From: Phoronis australis
Lineage: Eukaryota; Animalia; Phoronida
Direction of reading: 5' to 3'
Assembly: GCA_002633005.1 (NCBI GenBank)
Contig: NMRA01000565.1
Location: 193,682 to 257,681, forward strand
DNA: 64,000 nucleotides
Below are positions 24,088 through 39,300 of the stretch, piece by piece; the first letter of the stretch is position 1; every line of letters starts with the position of its first letter. The notes beneath the pieces were generated by a model. It ran no database searches and was not told where the DNA came from. It saw only the letters and a list, made by a program, of their open reading frames with translations. Made by a program: the position numbers and the translations under genes.

Positions 24088-24383
24088 CTATCTTCTCTGA
24101 GCAGGACTCATGACAATCTCATATTCGCTCTCGTTATCTTCTACACTTATACCTTGCAGTTTCTCATACTCTTCCTGTATATACCCCTCCCTGTTTGCCA
24201 GTCCTTCATAAACGGAGGCTCGTGTCACGTTGACGTACGCCGCGTCCTCAGGTTGTAAATGGACAGGGGCTTGCAATTCTGAGTAGGCTTCATTTTCTTC
24301 ACCCTGAGCTCCGACATCTGGGTCAGGTGTATCCACCATCTCTATCTTTTCCAGCATAGTTCGGTTGCGGCCAAGAGGTACAC
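24088..24383 (-). CDS. Terminal tyrosine-motif exon, copy 2
   Basis: ttgacag|GVPLG...EAYSEL...AYVNV...SVYEGL-x10-YEKL...SEYEIVMSPAQRR*. Phase 1 matches exon 24762-24899. Confidence 0.8.
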
Positions 24384-27300
24384 CTGTCAAAGTATAATGT
24401 TGTGGGTATCGTATAATGAAATATTCCAAGATGTCACACTGAAACCAAACCCAGACATTCATTCTCTGAATAAAACTTGACAATGGTGGATGTTATACCG
24501 CCGAAACATGTCGCTGCATTTTAGAAAAGTTGTTGGCTTAATTCAAACTTTGTTTGTGTTCGGCAGTGTAAGATCTTTCGGTAACAGCACATTTTTGTGC
24601 TATGGAGAAAGCTAAAATTAACATTTATGGTTAGTAACGACATTTTGGGACAAGTTACAGAGTATTCTGTGCAGTAATTGAAAAGATCATGTATATGAAA
24701 GTTTTTAGCGAGGTTTCGAAAACATAACCGACATGAGTGCGGTTGTGGTGAAAACACTTACCTATTAGCCTCACTAACAAGTCGTCAATGGAAAGTTCCT
24801 CCATAGAGTTTGTTGCAAGCTGTTCTCCGTCGACTGCTGGACGAGCAGGTCTACGCACTCGCAATCTCAATGACTCAAGCAAAGTAGCAACGTCTATATC
24901 TAAAAATGAGGTTTATTTTATACCATAGAGGGAATTTTGAATTAAAATTATCAAAAGACAATTGTTAAAAAAGAAATGACAATTTTGAAGTTGAAATGTA
25001 ATTTTGCTTACCAGGTCTCCCGCAAGCAGCACTTGTAAACTCCGTTTCAACCTAACAATACAAATTCTCATAGTTAATTCTCGATCCAATAATTGGCAGC
25101 CTTTGCTGTGCACTGAATTTGGACGGAAATTGTTTCAGTTTCGCTTTTTCTTTCTTCCTCGAGCGACGTTATAGCGACTCGGTTGCGCCTTGATATGCAA
25201 CTATATTGTACGGCCTGTGCACACGCGAGAAGTGTGATCATTAGACAGTCCCAACGTCTCAACCGGCCGAGTAGTTGTTTTTATGGACAACTTGTAAATG
25301 TGACCAAAAAAACACTCATGATGTAGATGTACCTTGGGGGCTCACATAAGACGCATCATGCAGTGCTATTTCCCACCTTAATACTTACTGGACACGGTTG
25401 AGTGCTTTATAGAGGATCATTTTCCACACAAACTCATCCGTAAAAACATTTGGCAATTTTCAAGCTACGTCATATGCACATGTTGTGTTTCTAACTTATT
25501 TGACCACGCAATCACAGATAAGGAATTAGCGTGGAAGTTCCAATTTAAAACTCTTCCCAGATCAAACACCTACTCCCACAATCATTTTTTTTCTTCGAAC
25601 AGTCCTTCAGTTCCCAAATCGGTAACTGATCCTTTTTTCACCGAACGACGGGCTGTTCAAAGAAAAGTTTGATTGCGGTAGTATTTGTTCGAGCTGGGAG
25701 AGTTTATCAACGAACTCTTAAGATGTCCTCTATGCCGTGCAAGAGGTATTTATGAGCAACATGACTTTGATGCTTTAATCAGTGTGGGGCATAATTCGTC
25801 GAAAACCATCTGGCATACATGTATGGCGGCCCTATGGGGTGTGGTCAACTTTTTACAAGGGCGATTTGAGACGGTGGCACTATGTATAGTGATCACGCGC
25901 TTAACTTGTAAATTGCATGGCAATATCTCACGAAAATTTGCCCGATTTAGTTTCCAAGTTTCTTGTGTCTGCAAAACACAACCCTGGTATTCGTCATTTT
26001 TCGTACGACGTCATAATGTGTCTATATAAGCTCAGCTGACCTGTAGTAATCACTGTACATGATAATGTCACACGCAAATGGACGAAAATGGACATCACTC
26101 ACAGTTGATCCAGAGCAACGCGTATTTACACGAAACAACATAAACCTGGAACAACTGGCGCCCAAATTCAGTGGAATGAAAACGAGACAACACCTTCAAA
26201 CAATTTCTCAGGGTATGGGCAGGGATTGAGTTCAACCTCACTTTGACACAAACATAAAACAGTGTACAGGTTCCAGTACGGAAAATACCTTCACCCTATG
26301 CAAGAATACTCAGACGTCATAATGCTTTTTGCTTCCCCTGCACAGGCCCTCAGTGACTTGAGATAAGTACATGTATAACAATCTATTTTTCGCTTTCCAT
26401 TCCTAAGGGAGGCCACAGATACCAACTCTCTCCTTCCGGTCGCTATCGACCTCACGTTGTCACCGGCCCTAAGTCCTCACCGATGTCACGCTGCCGCCAT
26501 TCGGTCGTCACCAATTCTGTGCCCTCTTACAACAATTTACTTCGTAAGCCAACACTGGCGTATTAATCTTTGGCTTAGATTAGGACAGATTAAGTCTAAG
26601 GCAACAGTTCATGTATCCCGAAATGAAGAATGAGAACGGGTAAAATTTGACGAAAATTTTGTGGACTAAATGGTATTTGGAAGTTCATTGGAGTTTCTTT
26701 TTAGTAGATAAAGTATAGAAATTTAGAGCTTTTGCTCCTAAAGAGCCGAGGCTAAATTTCTACCTGTATACAGACGTCGCGGCATTTTCAAAGCACTACG
26801 TTGTTAAGTGAGGAATTTTTGGCACGAATGCAAGTACCCTTTAGACAAGTGGAAATGGGAAAAGTCTGTTTGGGATTGACGTATTTTAACATGAATGTCT
26901 GGAATGTGGAGTGCAGGAACAAATGGATTATGGTCTCCTCTCACTCACCGCAGCAGTCATGAACTTCTGATTTTAGGTACACTGAAGAAGGATATATTTC
27001 CTGGTCATTTTTGGAATCTAAAATATTTTCCGGTGCACTTAGAAACTCAAACAGACGCGACTTTTCTGATTTTTTTCATCTTTGAGAAACCCCATTGAAT
27101 GTGCCATTTTCCCAGTGTCATATTGACTCAGACCAGTGATAACGTTAAAATCAGCCATGAAACTGTGGTCTTTGTCCTCATCTCCACAAGTAACCAGATG
27201 CGACATTTTCAGACCCAAAATCATTTATTTATTATTTATTATTGTGATATTTAAAATGAGGGTGGCCTCTTCGGTGATAGCACTGCTTTCCAAGAGGGCC

Positions 27301-30300
27301 CTCATGATGTTACATTGTTATACTGTAACATCGGACTCAAAGGCAATGCCAAGCGACTATAGGACTGTTTATAATAACTTCTTTGGCTCCCCTTCGATAA
27401 ATTGCCCTTTTGTAGAACTATTTTTGAGTGGAATCACACAGTGTTGTCGATTTCCACGACACGTTTGGCAGTTCTAGGAGAGACAACTCGAGGACGAGGC
27501 GGTCACGCCACCTGGTATCTACCCCCCATCTGTACATCCACTTGGCAGACCACCCACCGCACTTATTTTTGTTGCAACAAAAGTTTTGCCATTATATTTT
27601 GAGAGGCGAACAAAAGGTTGTTGGGTTGTTTACCGGCAACGCTTGGAGATTTGCAAACAATGGCACGTTTGGCCGGTTTGCTCACGAAAGTCTCGCACCA
27701 ATATTCCTGCATAGAAGCTAACCACCTGCGTACTACATAATTTAGTCAAAGATTCCAACGATCGCCTTTGTAGAAACGAGATGGCTCAACTCAAGGGTGA
27801 AATTACTAAAACAGTACTCAATACAACTTGTTCCTTTACGGGGTCTGCTAAGGTTTCTGAAGTCACAGAAAAAAGAACGAGTTCGTGAAATGACCTCACC
27901 GTCTTGTTTGTACACGTGACAACGTATGCGCTGGATGCAACTTCTGATGTCTGATGTAAAGATGGCCGCGCCGGTCGTTTCGCACATGATCGACAAATAC
28001 TAAAGAAAAAAAAAGTAATTATATTTAAATACAGAGAGCCCAAGATCAAACTGTTATTTTTAGCCATTGCACCGTTCATCATTCATCCACGAGATGCATA
28101 TTTAGCCACGGCAATATAAGAAATAAAGACAATCTGTTTTGTCAAAAATAAGTTGCCTCAAATATTCCTAACGTGGTGAAGTTCTTTGCATTGCCAAAAA
28201 GTACAGCGGAGACATTACGTTGGAGACGATGAGATACTTTCAATTCCCGTTTTACCATTTTCATATATACATGTATTTAAATTTGAGATGACAGTTCAGA
28301 TGAAGCGATTATGAGGATCACTACTTTTGCTAAAGACATAAATTTCAACACAAAACGGCAAAATCAGCGACCTCATCTAGCAACCAGATTCCAAATTCAT
28401 CTTCCGCAAGGACATTGAGAATCGATTCCAATAACGTCTTGTACATGTATCTGGGCACTACACACGGACGGCGCAAACAAACACTCTTCCTACTGAGAAT
28501 ATCCCCAAACAGACATCAAATTGTGTAATACTATGCCCATAGGCAAGGACAACTTATTGGAGTCACAGTTCAGCTGCTAATAGTATCCGGAGGTGTTTGT
28601 TCTTTAAACGTGCGCCAGACCCTTCCTCTCTTAGAGAGAAGCGATAGTTAGATGCCCGACATTTATTTATTTCAGTCCTACGGCAGGCCAACGTAGGATA
28701 TCGTACAATATGGGAAACGAAAAAAATCGCCCAAGCCAATCGTCGGCTCTAAACTAGTGTGGGTTATTACACGATGTTATGTATGATTTTGCACACCACT
28801 TGCAACATTGTGTTTTCCTAGACGGCACCTAGACGACATGACGACCCAGCTTACAAAAGCGAGACGCTTCTATTAGAAGGGTGCCTCTGTTAGAGGGCGC
28901 TTCTGTTTTAGACCCGACTATTATCAAAAACTTTTCGGTACGTTTCCCAAAATAAACAGTGTCAGGGAGACACAGAATACTTTTGGTAGGTTTTGACATG
29001 TCTACATCTTAACTGGGGGTAGCCTCGGTACCATTAAATTTTTAAAACAAATACCCGCTTCTTCCAAATCCAAGCAGCATGAGGATTTTTCTTCGCATGA
29101 GAATCAGCATAATGGCGAGCAACAAAATGATCACTGCACACAGTGAGATGGTAATGCCAACGTTTGCATCACATGTTGAGTCTTCTTGTAGACTGGGAAC
29201 TGAAAATACAGGTCGGATACATTATTACAGAAACTGTATTGGTAAGCAACCAGCATTTGGATGTTAAATATCATAAACTGGATACAATATTGTACATGTC
29301 TAGGAACGTTCAAAGTATTTGGGAAGTAATGAGGCGAAAAATCGGTCGGACAGGCACAAGAAGACCTTCAACATCCAAGTTTGTACGTACACGAAAACAC
29401 ATAGGAAAACTGGAACGTTGTAAAACGTTACGATACATTGCAGAAAAGAAATTTAAAACGACGCGTACCTTCTGTTCCCAGTGTTGTTCGCACGATGATC
29501 GTGCGTCTCAAAAGGAATTTTATTAATGCATCTGAAGAGATTTAATAGCTTTTAGTATTTCTGTTGCTATGAAACAAGCCAAAAATTAAAAAAACATATT
29601 TTTCTGTAATTGGGTTTGTATGAAATGGGTGGAAGACCGTCTCCGCCGTTGTTGTTTTCGCCAGTGCGATACTGAGGAGTTGTGAGGAAAGTCCACCTCG
29701 AACAGCCTTTTTCAGACAAGAAAAGGTGTGTTTGTTGAGGCTTTGATAACAGCAACTTGATTAAGAACGTGTCTGTGTTCAAATTTCCTATACACGTGAA
29801 AGTTGTACGGAAATGGCATCGGTTTGTGCGCCGCACGAGAGTGCAGAATGTCAGTGTGGAACAAGCAATTCAGTCGGAAGCCACTGCACACTTTGTTTGG
29901 CACATTTCAAAGAATCGTGTCTTGATCACACACAAAAACGGTGTCACGATGAAGGACTCGCCACCTTGTAAGTGCATTCTTAAATTTTATAAATAATGAA
30001 CAAACTGCTTCGATTCTAGAGCGAGTGATGCCAGGATCTCCACCCCGGCCCAGATTGGCTCATTCCTCATGGCAATAGTGAATACGAGTAACCCAGGTTT
30101 CCCTGTGGCCTTTGTCTGTGATTATTAAGCGTCTATTTTGTGAATATTAACGGATTGTTCTGAAACCCCTTCGATCCCAGACCCCTCAACCCCCTCGACC
30201 CACAACCCCCTCGANCATTTCTCGTGCAAGTGGGTCGAGTTCGTACGGCCCCAAAGTTGACGAAAGTTCGCTAAATGGGAAATCAAATTCATTGTCTGAT

Positions 30301-33300
30301 TCTTCAACTTCAGTGTTATGCCCTTATCAACTCTTCTTTCTGTCTGCATAATAATTGTCCAATTCTCGCTCAAAATCGTCTTTGTCTTCTGACCTGCTGT
30401 GCTCCGACACTGCAACTTTTTAATTGATTGTCAAGTGGCCAACCGTCTTCCACCCATTGCATCATTTGGCAGGAAACATAAAAATAACCAATTTTTCTTC
30501 AAAATTAAAAAATCGCGACTATTTGGAATAAAGAGTGCTTATTTAGTCATATTTAATAGTATTCGTGTCATATTAGCTAACTGAAACCTCAAAAACTAAG
30601 AAAATGCATGGTGGGAACTCTTTAAAAACAAAACAGTCTGATTAGGAATGTTGCGACACGTGTTTGAACAACCTATAAGAGTATACAGAAAGGGTTCTGT
30701 CTGCATAAAATCAGACCGGGCTACAATTTCTACGTCACAATCCAGTACCGAAATAACTCTGTCGCATCTCAAATGGTTTTACGAACCATTTCTTTTTTCA
30801 TAAACTGTCACAAAATGGTAGTTGTGACAATTGATAACTGAATTCTCCAGGCTAAAATCATTATGAAAAACTTAAATTGCACTAAGCGACATTTCACAAA
30901 AAGATAACTTTTCTCTTGTTAGGCCCCTTTAACACAAAACTATGCTTTAGCATACATCAAACTGGGCAGTATTTGCTTTGGACATGGTAACCGAAAAAAT
31001 TATATTCTAAGTCACAAACAACTCCGACAAGGACATGATTGGTTCAAGATATAGTTAACATGCACAATATTCAGAGAAGATGGATCAAGCGAACTTAAAA
31101 TCAGTTTCCAAAAATCTCAAGGGGATTAACCAGTTGAAACCTAAACATTGACAAATGTTCCATCCCGTTGTATCCAAGGTACACATGTAATAAGTCCAGT
31201 CGCCGCTAAGATGGTCGTATCTTTAATTGGTGTTGACGAACAATTCATAGGGGTGGTTTATGAAGGTTTTCAACTTGAATGTGAGTTATGATAACGTTAC
31301 TTTAGTAACAATATTCCATTTTTACAAAAACACGGTGTTGCTTTCGCAATAACATTACTGCAGCCGTCTTAAAAGCGACATCACTTACAAGCTTTGATAA
31401 AACTGACTTCAGGTGCACTGAATGTGACAGTCGCGACCAGTTGTGCAGCGGAAGCCGTTAAAAGATTAATTGAATACAGAAAATTACTTTTCGAACATTT
31501 TTTGAATTGCTACTATATCCTTCTCAACACTGCGAGTAACAGATAGTAAGCATACTTAGACCTTACCAGGAGTTGGGAGGTGTGTGCCCACAGCAGGTCT
31601 TTGTATAATAGGTTTTGCTGCAATCATGAATATAGATATCCATACAATATTGACGTGATAGGTCAAGACTTAAACGATTGCCTGCAAAGGTAACAAAATG
31701 TTTGCTTTTGTAACGAGCACGCGCCTTAAAACAATTTCCAAGCAATCATAATCAAAACGACCAATTAGTTATTCCTCATCTCCAAATTGGCCATGTCATA
31801 ATAAAGTATCTGACGTCAGCGTTAGTCAAGAACTTCACACGTGACAACATTCAACTTCTGAGGGTTGTCAGTGACAACTTCACCAGAACACCCACCTGTA
31901 GCCCTTATTGTGACGTGTTTGGATGCTGTGAACGTTACACCCCGTATCGTGTTGGTCGCAAAACACACGTAGACAGATTCATTGACTGCGGTGGAGAGGA
32001 CAGCACTAATGACGCTACCTCTTGAGTCAATCTGGCGCCAACTGTACAGGTGAGGCGCGGGAATGGGCGGAGACGACGGGTTGACACCACAAGTTAAACT
32101 GACTTGATCATTGATGTAGTAGTCAAATGGTGAAGTACACTGAGTGGTGGACGTCTTGCACACTTGAATATTGGCATCGGATACAGGCACAGGTGCTGGT
32201 TGAAGAAGGAAACGTAGAAGAAACCACGACAAAATCTAATCAACGTTCATAAACCGTGAAAGACTACGGTTTGTGGCTAACAGTGTTGGCTATTTTCAGG
32301 AATTTTAAAGATTACTGGAAAAATTATTATCCAGTTTAATATTGAGTTATCTTTTAAACGAACATGGACGCCACATTAAACAAAAAAACATGTCATAGTA
32401 CTACATAAAGACAGCCTCCAGCGGCTAAAACACCTTTTGACACCAGAAATGCAAGTATTGTTCATAAAAATGTTTTTGCTTCTTACATACCACAGAATGT
32501 TATTTGCGACGCAAATTACATCGCTCATAATTTGTAGTCCCTTCGAGCGCCCCAGAAAAAAATATCAACCAATCAGCGTAAAATGGTTCATATGACATCA
32601 TCGTGGCGACGAAATTACTCTTAAGCCACACTACGTAACATCTGAGTGTCATTTCTTGGACGTTCTGTAGTTGTCGATCTCTGGGGTAAAATGCCGCGTT
32701 GTGTGGTGTATGGGTGTAGCAATGTCAGCGGCAATGGCATACATATGCACAACTTTCCCACCGATCCCATCGTGTGCGGTGCGTGGAATAGATTCGTGTC
32801 CGCAACAATTAAGGAAGGACTGGCGACAGAATTTCCGATCAGCAAGATCTGTTATAGACCATAGGCGTCCTCAGCTTCTGATCGTTTCCAATGCACTAAA
32901 TATATACTAAAAGTTATGACAGTCGGGACAAGGAATTCCACGGGTGTTTCACTTCAGCCGTTCATATCAAACACAGAACTCAATAAATTTACACAAAACA
33001 GGGGTCCAGCAAACCATGAGCATTCGTTTTCTCTTCGGATAGCATTCACAGTGTCCTGTTTCAGCGAGTTTGCATCAAATTCGTGGTCAAAGCACACAAT
33101 TCTTCCCAAAAAGCCGCTGGGAAATGTCAGTGTGCCAAACGCGAGTCCGTAGGCCAACGGAATTATTCGATGAGTTACGGATGGACGGCAATTGCCGGTT
33201 TATCACGGAAGGTTACGAATAAGCGTAGAAATTGTGACAGTACGCAGCGGCTTTTTGGGAAGATTTTTGCGCTTTGTCCGCGAATTTGTTGCGAACCCGC

Positions 33301-36300
33301 TGGAGCAGGACACCGTAAATGCCNAACCGACATAGGTGTGGGGCCGGGGACAATCGAGAAATGAAAGACTAAGTAATACGAATAAGAGGGAAAATTCAAG
33401 AGCATATTTAACAACTCTGTATCAGTGCATGATTTACTTTTTGAGGACCCTGGCCAGGGCATTGTTGTTAGGGTCTCCACTTTTGCAGCACTGGTCATCT
33501 AAACGCACTTGAAAACATGCACTAGTCATTCATACATATATTTCAAAAAATCGAGAAAATTTGTAAAGCGAGGCTTTTGCGGAGCCTAGTAATTCAATTT
33601 TGCGAAAGCAATACTATATTTCCCCAGAGGCCACTCTCTGGCAACGGATAACACAGACAACTTTCGCTTTAGGTTTTTTCACGAAATTGCATATCAATTG
33701 AGAAAAATTGATGACCTGACAGATAACACGAATTGCTGCGCATTTCTTAATTTTTTTGAAAATATATACATTTTCATATTTTGGAGCTCCGCCCTTAGTG
33801 AAGTAGGCCATTGATGACAATGAACTGGCCGCCTTTTTGTGTTTTTATTGAAAAAATTCTTAAGGGGCCGCTCACGGAAAGAGGGCACAGTGTTGGAATC
33901 GATTACCTCTATTTTCCTGTTTGTTTGTGAAATCTTGCAACCAGCTTTCATGTTGAAAAAGGTCACGTAATGCACCGTCTTGTGACCACAAGGCGGTAGA
34001 ATGAACTGTCACTCTTTTCCAAGCTTAATGATGTTTGGCCTTTCATCCTAACGTGTCCCATTTCAGACAGGACCCACTCTCGGCGGAGCAGTTCGGAGGA
34101 ATATCCCTTTGTCCCTCAAAACATCTAAATCCGACACTGCCAAGTGTTCACGAGGAAGTTGACATTCCAAATTCATCAATATACACAAAAGTCACAGCAT
34201 TATCAACTGAAGAAATTGGACCCAAACAACCAAAAATGTGAAAAAATGGAACTTAATTAAATGACCGCCATCGAAAGGGTGGAATATTTTGAAGAACATG
34301 AAGCCCACTACTTCTGAATTACAGAAAAGGACTATTTCCGATGGTTATTTATGTAATAATGTTATTGTTTCCCATAGTATCACACGAATAGTATCTCTTT
34401 TGAACATGGTTACTATGAGTTGTTTGTAAGGAATTCCCACATGTGGACAACGCTGCTGTCTAGGCTACCATTTGTGATGACCGTGTACATGTCAAAAGGG
34501 GGTACTCAAAGAACTCTCGCAATCATAAACAAAGATTTCAGTGCTTTTCAGTAAGAGGAGTTCATGTTTACTTCGTGTACCATTATAGGTACCTCTGAAA
34601 TGAGCAAAAATACACCCTAATAGGAATGCCTCATCTCCCACGTTCCCCCGGTTACCCCTGAAAAAAAGCTGCAAGCTTGTCTGCGGAAATTGCCTATAAC
34701 ATTCAGTTTTCATAAACAAATTCGTTGATTCCTGATTTACTTGTTTATGTATCTATGAAAATCGACAGATTCATAGATGATCCTTGAGAATTAGAAGCTA
34801 AGCTTGTAAAAAATGATGATGTTTCAGTGAAATTAATTGCACCCAGCAGTTGGAAAAACTCTATAATCCGATCCTAAAATTACTGTCACAGATATTGATG
34901 AAGTTCGGAAAAACAAGTTCTAAAAGTCTTAAAATAATTAAAATTAAACTTATTGCTTGAAAAGGTTGTCTTTGCACTTCCTTGGTGTTTTTAGTTTTCA
35001 GTAGTATTGCGCAATGAATTTTGTTCTTTAAAACTTAATTTTTGCTTGCCCTGATTCCCGTATGACTGCCACACCCACGTTACAAATAAGATGTAGCCAT
35101 GCAGTAGGCCCGCGCACAATCTCAGTAATCCACGGGAACTGAACTCCAGACGTTGAAGCGAGTACTTTGGGACACAGTGTGTATCATTTTCCTTACAAAC
35201 CAGAAACTGGACTGCCAGCATAGTTCTAGCGAGGAATTTTGAAACAGTCCCTAAGGCACTATGTACCAGGGACCTCGGGACCTCACCTTTTCAAAAAACT
35301 CCTTCAAAGAAAGACCATAATGAAATAAAGTTTTCCCGAAACTGGATCACAATAAAGCGAATCTTGACCTAGGAGCCAGCACAGACGGGTATGTACTGTA
35401 CGAGCTAAGCTGCCTGTCTCAAGCTGACCAGCAACTAAGCAACTGTTAGACCTCAGCTACCAGGGGCGGATCCAGGATTTTGAGTTACGGGGGGCAGGGC
35501 AGAATACTAGCCAGGATTTTGCTCGTCAGACATTCGCAACCCCGTACTGACAAAACGAATCTAGGCGAATTTTAGGGGGGCCATGGCCCCCTTGCCCTCC
35601 CTTAAATCCACCACTGGCTTCAGTTACTTGTGGCAGCTCCTCGCTACCCGTCAGTGCACTGGTCCTAGGCCCATTCTTACTCTTCGTGTTAGTTCACGGT
35701 TACTCAACTCTTGATGGCTCCATCCCCGGGACTGTCCACCGCATAGGGTGGACGTAGGAGATCCGGTACAAATGTGGTGGCATCGGGAGCACGGGGGGGG
35801 GGGGNCCCCCCAATAATTTTTGGCTTTCTACGGGCCTGTGTAGTGTATTGGATTGGAGACTAAATTAAACGACCAGCCATCGCTGCTACCAATACAATGG
35901 AGACACGGTGAAAGTCAAATTTGTTGTAACTATGATGTCATACACTTCGATTGCTGCTTACGCCATCTCAAGTTTTTTTTTTGGCGCTAAAAGATAGTTG
36001 AGTCAAAAAATGGCCCCCGTGCACCGACTGGACTTCAACTTTTAAGTTGCGTTTTGCAAAGAAAAATATGTGTGAAAACCAAAAAAGATGTTAACAAGCC
36101 GAAAAAGTGACCCACGTGCGTTTTTATGCAAATTAGTGCCGCCATTACCGATTTTTCGTTATTTGATTATATCTCACTTCCTTGTTGTTGTAAATGAACA
36201 AATCAAGTGTCAAAATCGATATTTTCAGGGTCAAGCATTACGATGGAATAATTTTCTTCATAATCTATTACATATAATTTGTATTATACGGTTGTTAACG

Positions 36301-39300
36301 ATCAATACTACACTGAAAGTGTACATAAGACAATATAAACACTGAATGCGCAACTTTCAGTGTTTATACAATCAGCTCTTAAATGAGCCACATTTCAACA
36401 AATGCTTTAAATATGTCATGGAAAAAAACGCGGGGAAATAGCTGCAGAAATATGGACAATCATTAGGTGTTGATGTCAGTGATTACATGTTCTAACACTC
36501 CATGTCACTTTCATTGCTTTCCGTGAAACTTCCATACTACTCTCCACTTTCTTCTTCTGTGTCCACTTCACAAACATGGGTGAGCAAGAAATCAATCAGC
36601 AAGTTTGGTAAGATAGGACAAAACGACCACACAGGTTGTAACACTCTTTCATCAGTCCGCATCCACCCCTGTCCTTCGTCAAAAGGTTTTGGCTTCTCAT
36701 TTATGGGTTCGCAAGCACGCTTGTACAAGGTGATACGGTGATTTACTCGTTGGATGTGAAGTTTCTGTTCAGACTGGCACGAGGGAAGTCAAGCAAGGTC
36801 ATTCCATGAGTTGTGAGGAATTCATCTTCACCAACCCTTTGACGTAGCATCTTGGCACGGGTAGCATCTATCGATGACTCACGACTCTGACCGTACATGA
36901 GGCAGTAAAATTCTTTCAACTTACCTCTCAATCAACATCAAGGTGCCTGAATGCACGTTGGAGTTTTGGATTCATTTCTAGCTTTTTAAAGGGGCCAACC
37001 TTTCCTTTAAGTTTAAACGTACTGGTGCAATCCTCTCCAGTGTATTCATAAAATCCAAGTAGAGCTTCACAGTAGTATTTTCCCAAGGATTTTCTAGGTC
37101 GGAGAAATTCAGTAGTCGCCCCAGAACCTAGATATAAAGTCAACTTTATAGCATGCCAGCAGCAAAATGACAGACCTCGTTTCTGTACCCAAGTGAGGCA
37201 GCGTGCTGGAGGTACAAAACAATTCTTAAGTCAGGTTCTTATTGGTTACTGTAGATATGTAGGATCACCTGAGTATGAACCGGAAACATCAAATCACTTT
37301 TATTATTAATTGATGACATCGCAAATTAGTAAAGTAAGAAATAATCAGAAAGTCCTGTCCAGAAAAAGATTATAGACTTCATCGCCATCTGATGCCCTTC
37401 TACAATCAGGGTGGCCATCTCGGTTTTCTTCTACCTGGAAACGGCCTTCTCACTACTCCAGGCTTGCAGTAACAGTTGGCAGAGTTGCTTTTTGTTGTCA
37501 TCGTTTGCAAGAAAAGTTTTGAAGTCATACGGCTTATGTGTAGCTGGTCCACCCAAAATTGTTTTCTCTGAACTGCCACGTCACAACCGTTCCTGGGCTT
37601 TGATAGATTCAGGGTAGTAGCTGTCAGTTGAGAACAAGAAGTACTTCTTCGACACCGTTTGGTCAAGTACTTGTAAACAGACATTACCACATGTTGGAGG
37701 AGATTAGCTAACGTGTGGAAAAGAGCAAAACCATCTTGGATGAACAGAACATCCTCAGGACAATGAAAGTCTTCTGGCACAATGTCCTTCAGAAGATAAT
37801 GCGAAATGGAGGCGTTGTTGGCCTTGGAAAATATAACTGGTTTTCCAAGACTAGGGGGCATGGGTATCAAAAATTACTTCATGAGTTCTAGCATGTTCAA
37901 TAGCTCACCCAGTGTCTGGGATTTAACAGATTGTTCTAAAACCCCTTTGGTTCCCACCACTCCCTCGACCCACAACCCCCACGACCCACAACCCCCACGA
38001 CCCACAGCCCACGACCCACATCCTCCACGACCCACAACCCCCAACCTGTGGTAATAGATGCATCTGCGCTTTTTATACATTTCATAATCGTATTACGTCT
38101 CGGAGTGACTATCGTGACTATCCCTCAGGACTTACCTACACGAAAATCTGATCTAGCTCACGTCTGGTGGTTAAAACAGAAAGTGACGTAAGGACATGAT
38201 GTGATATAGCCCATTGTGAGCGTGCTATTGTTGCCATGGAAACAGTTCCACGACTAGCTACCAATGGCCTTGTTCTACTAAACTTCCATTTTCCTTTAAT
38301 TTGTACCCTTAGTACCCCTGCAAAATTATGTGAGAAAGTTACTGGTGAACCTTATACTGCATTGCAAAAACGACTAAAATATAGATGGCATAATGAGAAA
38401 TCTGGTGTATTTTTAGAAAAATTACGAAGCCAGGAAGGAAACGATAAGTGTCGAGAAATTATGAGCTGTGTTGATATCGACATCAATGGGAGTGTTTTAA
38501 CAAAGGCTTAGTAGACTTGCTCCAGTCATGTGGAGCGGGCATGCTCATGAGGCAAGACAGGCGTGTAAGTAAACCACGTAGACCTGCATGGTTTGACAGT
38601 GAGTGTAAAGAGATGAAACTATACAAAAGAAGCGTCTACTGCGAAAATTTAGGGTGTCTCGGAGTGACTTAGACCTGAGAAATTATCTTGCTAGTAGAAA
38701 TGAGTACACAAAGTTATATAAAAAGACGAAAAAGTGATACTATACCGATAAACAAAGTGAGCTTTGTGAGTCAGTGGGCAATCCTAATAGATTTTGGAAT
38801 ATTATAAAACAAAGCTTGTCAGAGCCAGTACACACTACAAAGCCTGATAATAATATTACTGAATTGGAATGGTTTAGATGTTTCAGTACCCTGTTTAATA
38901 TTAACAGAACAGAAGGTCGCAGTGAAACTTTTGATGACCTAGTTAGACAGACTCTTGATGAGCATAACGTACCGTGTGAGCGTTGTAGGCACCCACAGAG
39001 TGAACGTGATGTAACCAGTGGCTTTGACATGTATGAACTAAATGCCTGTATTAGCGCAGATGAAATAGTAGATGGCATACCGGCTGAATTCTATAAGTGC
39101 TTCCCTGAGGCCCTAGTAGAACTTCTCCACAAACTTTTTAATAGAATGTTCAATACCGGGCATTATCCATCCCAATGGTCAAAAAGTATAAGTGTGCCGT
39201 GTTACAAGAAGGGAGACAAATTTAATCCAAATAATTACATAGGATCTCCGTTATACAAAGTAATAATAAAAAATTTACAACTATTCTTTATTCTCGTATA

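Larger units (their letters stand above)
1..26359. repeat. Tandem duplication period 1 (~26.4 kb; boundary set by window start)
   Basis: Sequence at 1 (gagatgagtatgacattctatttttcgc...) recurs at ~26360 and ~63570. Exons and introns are collinear with period 2 apart from insertions and deletions. Confidence 0.92.
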
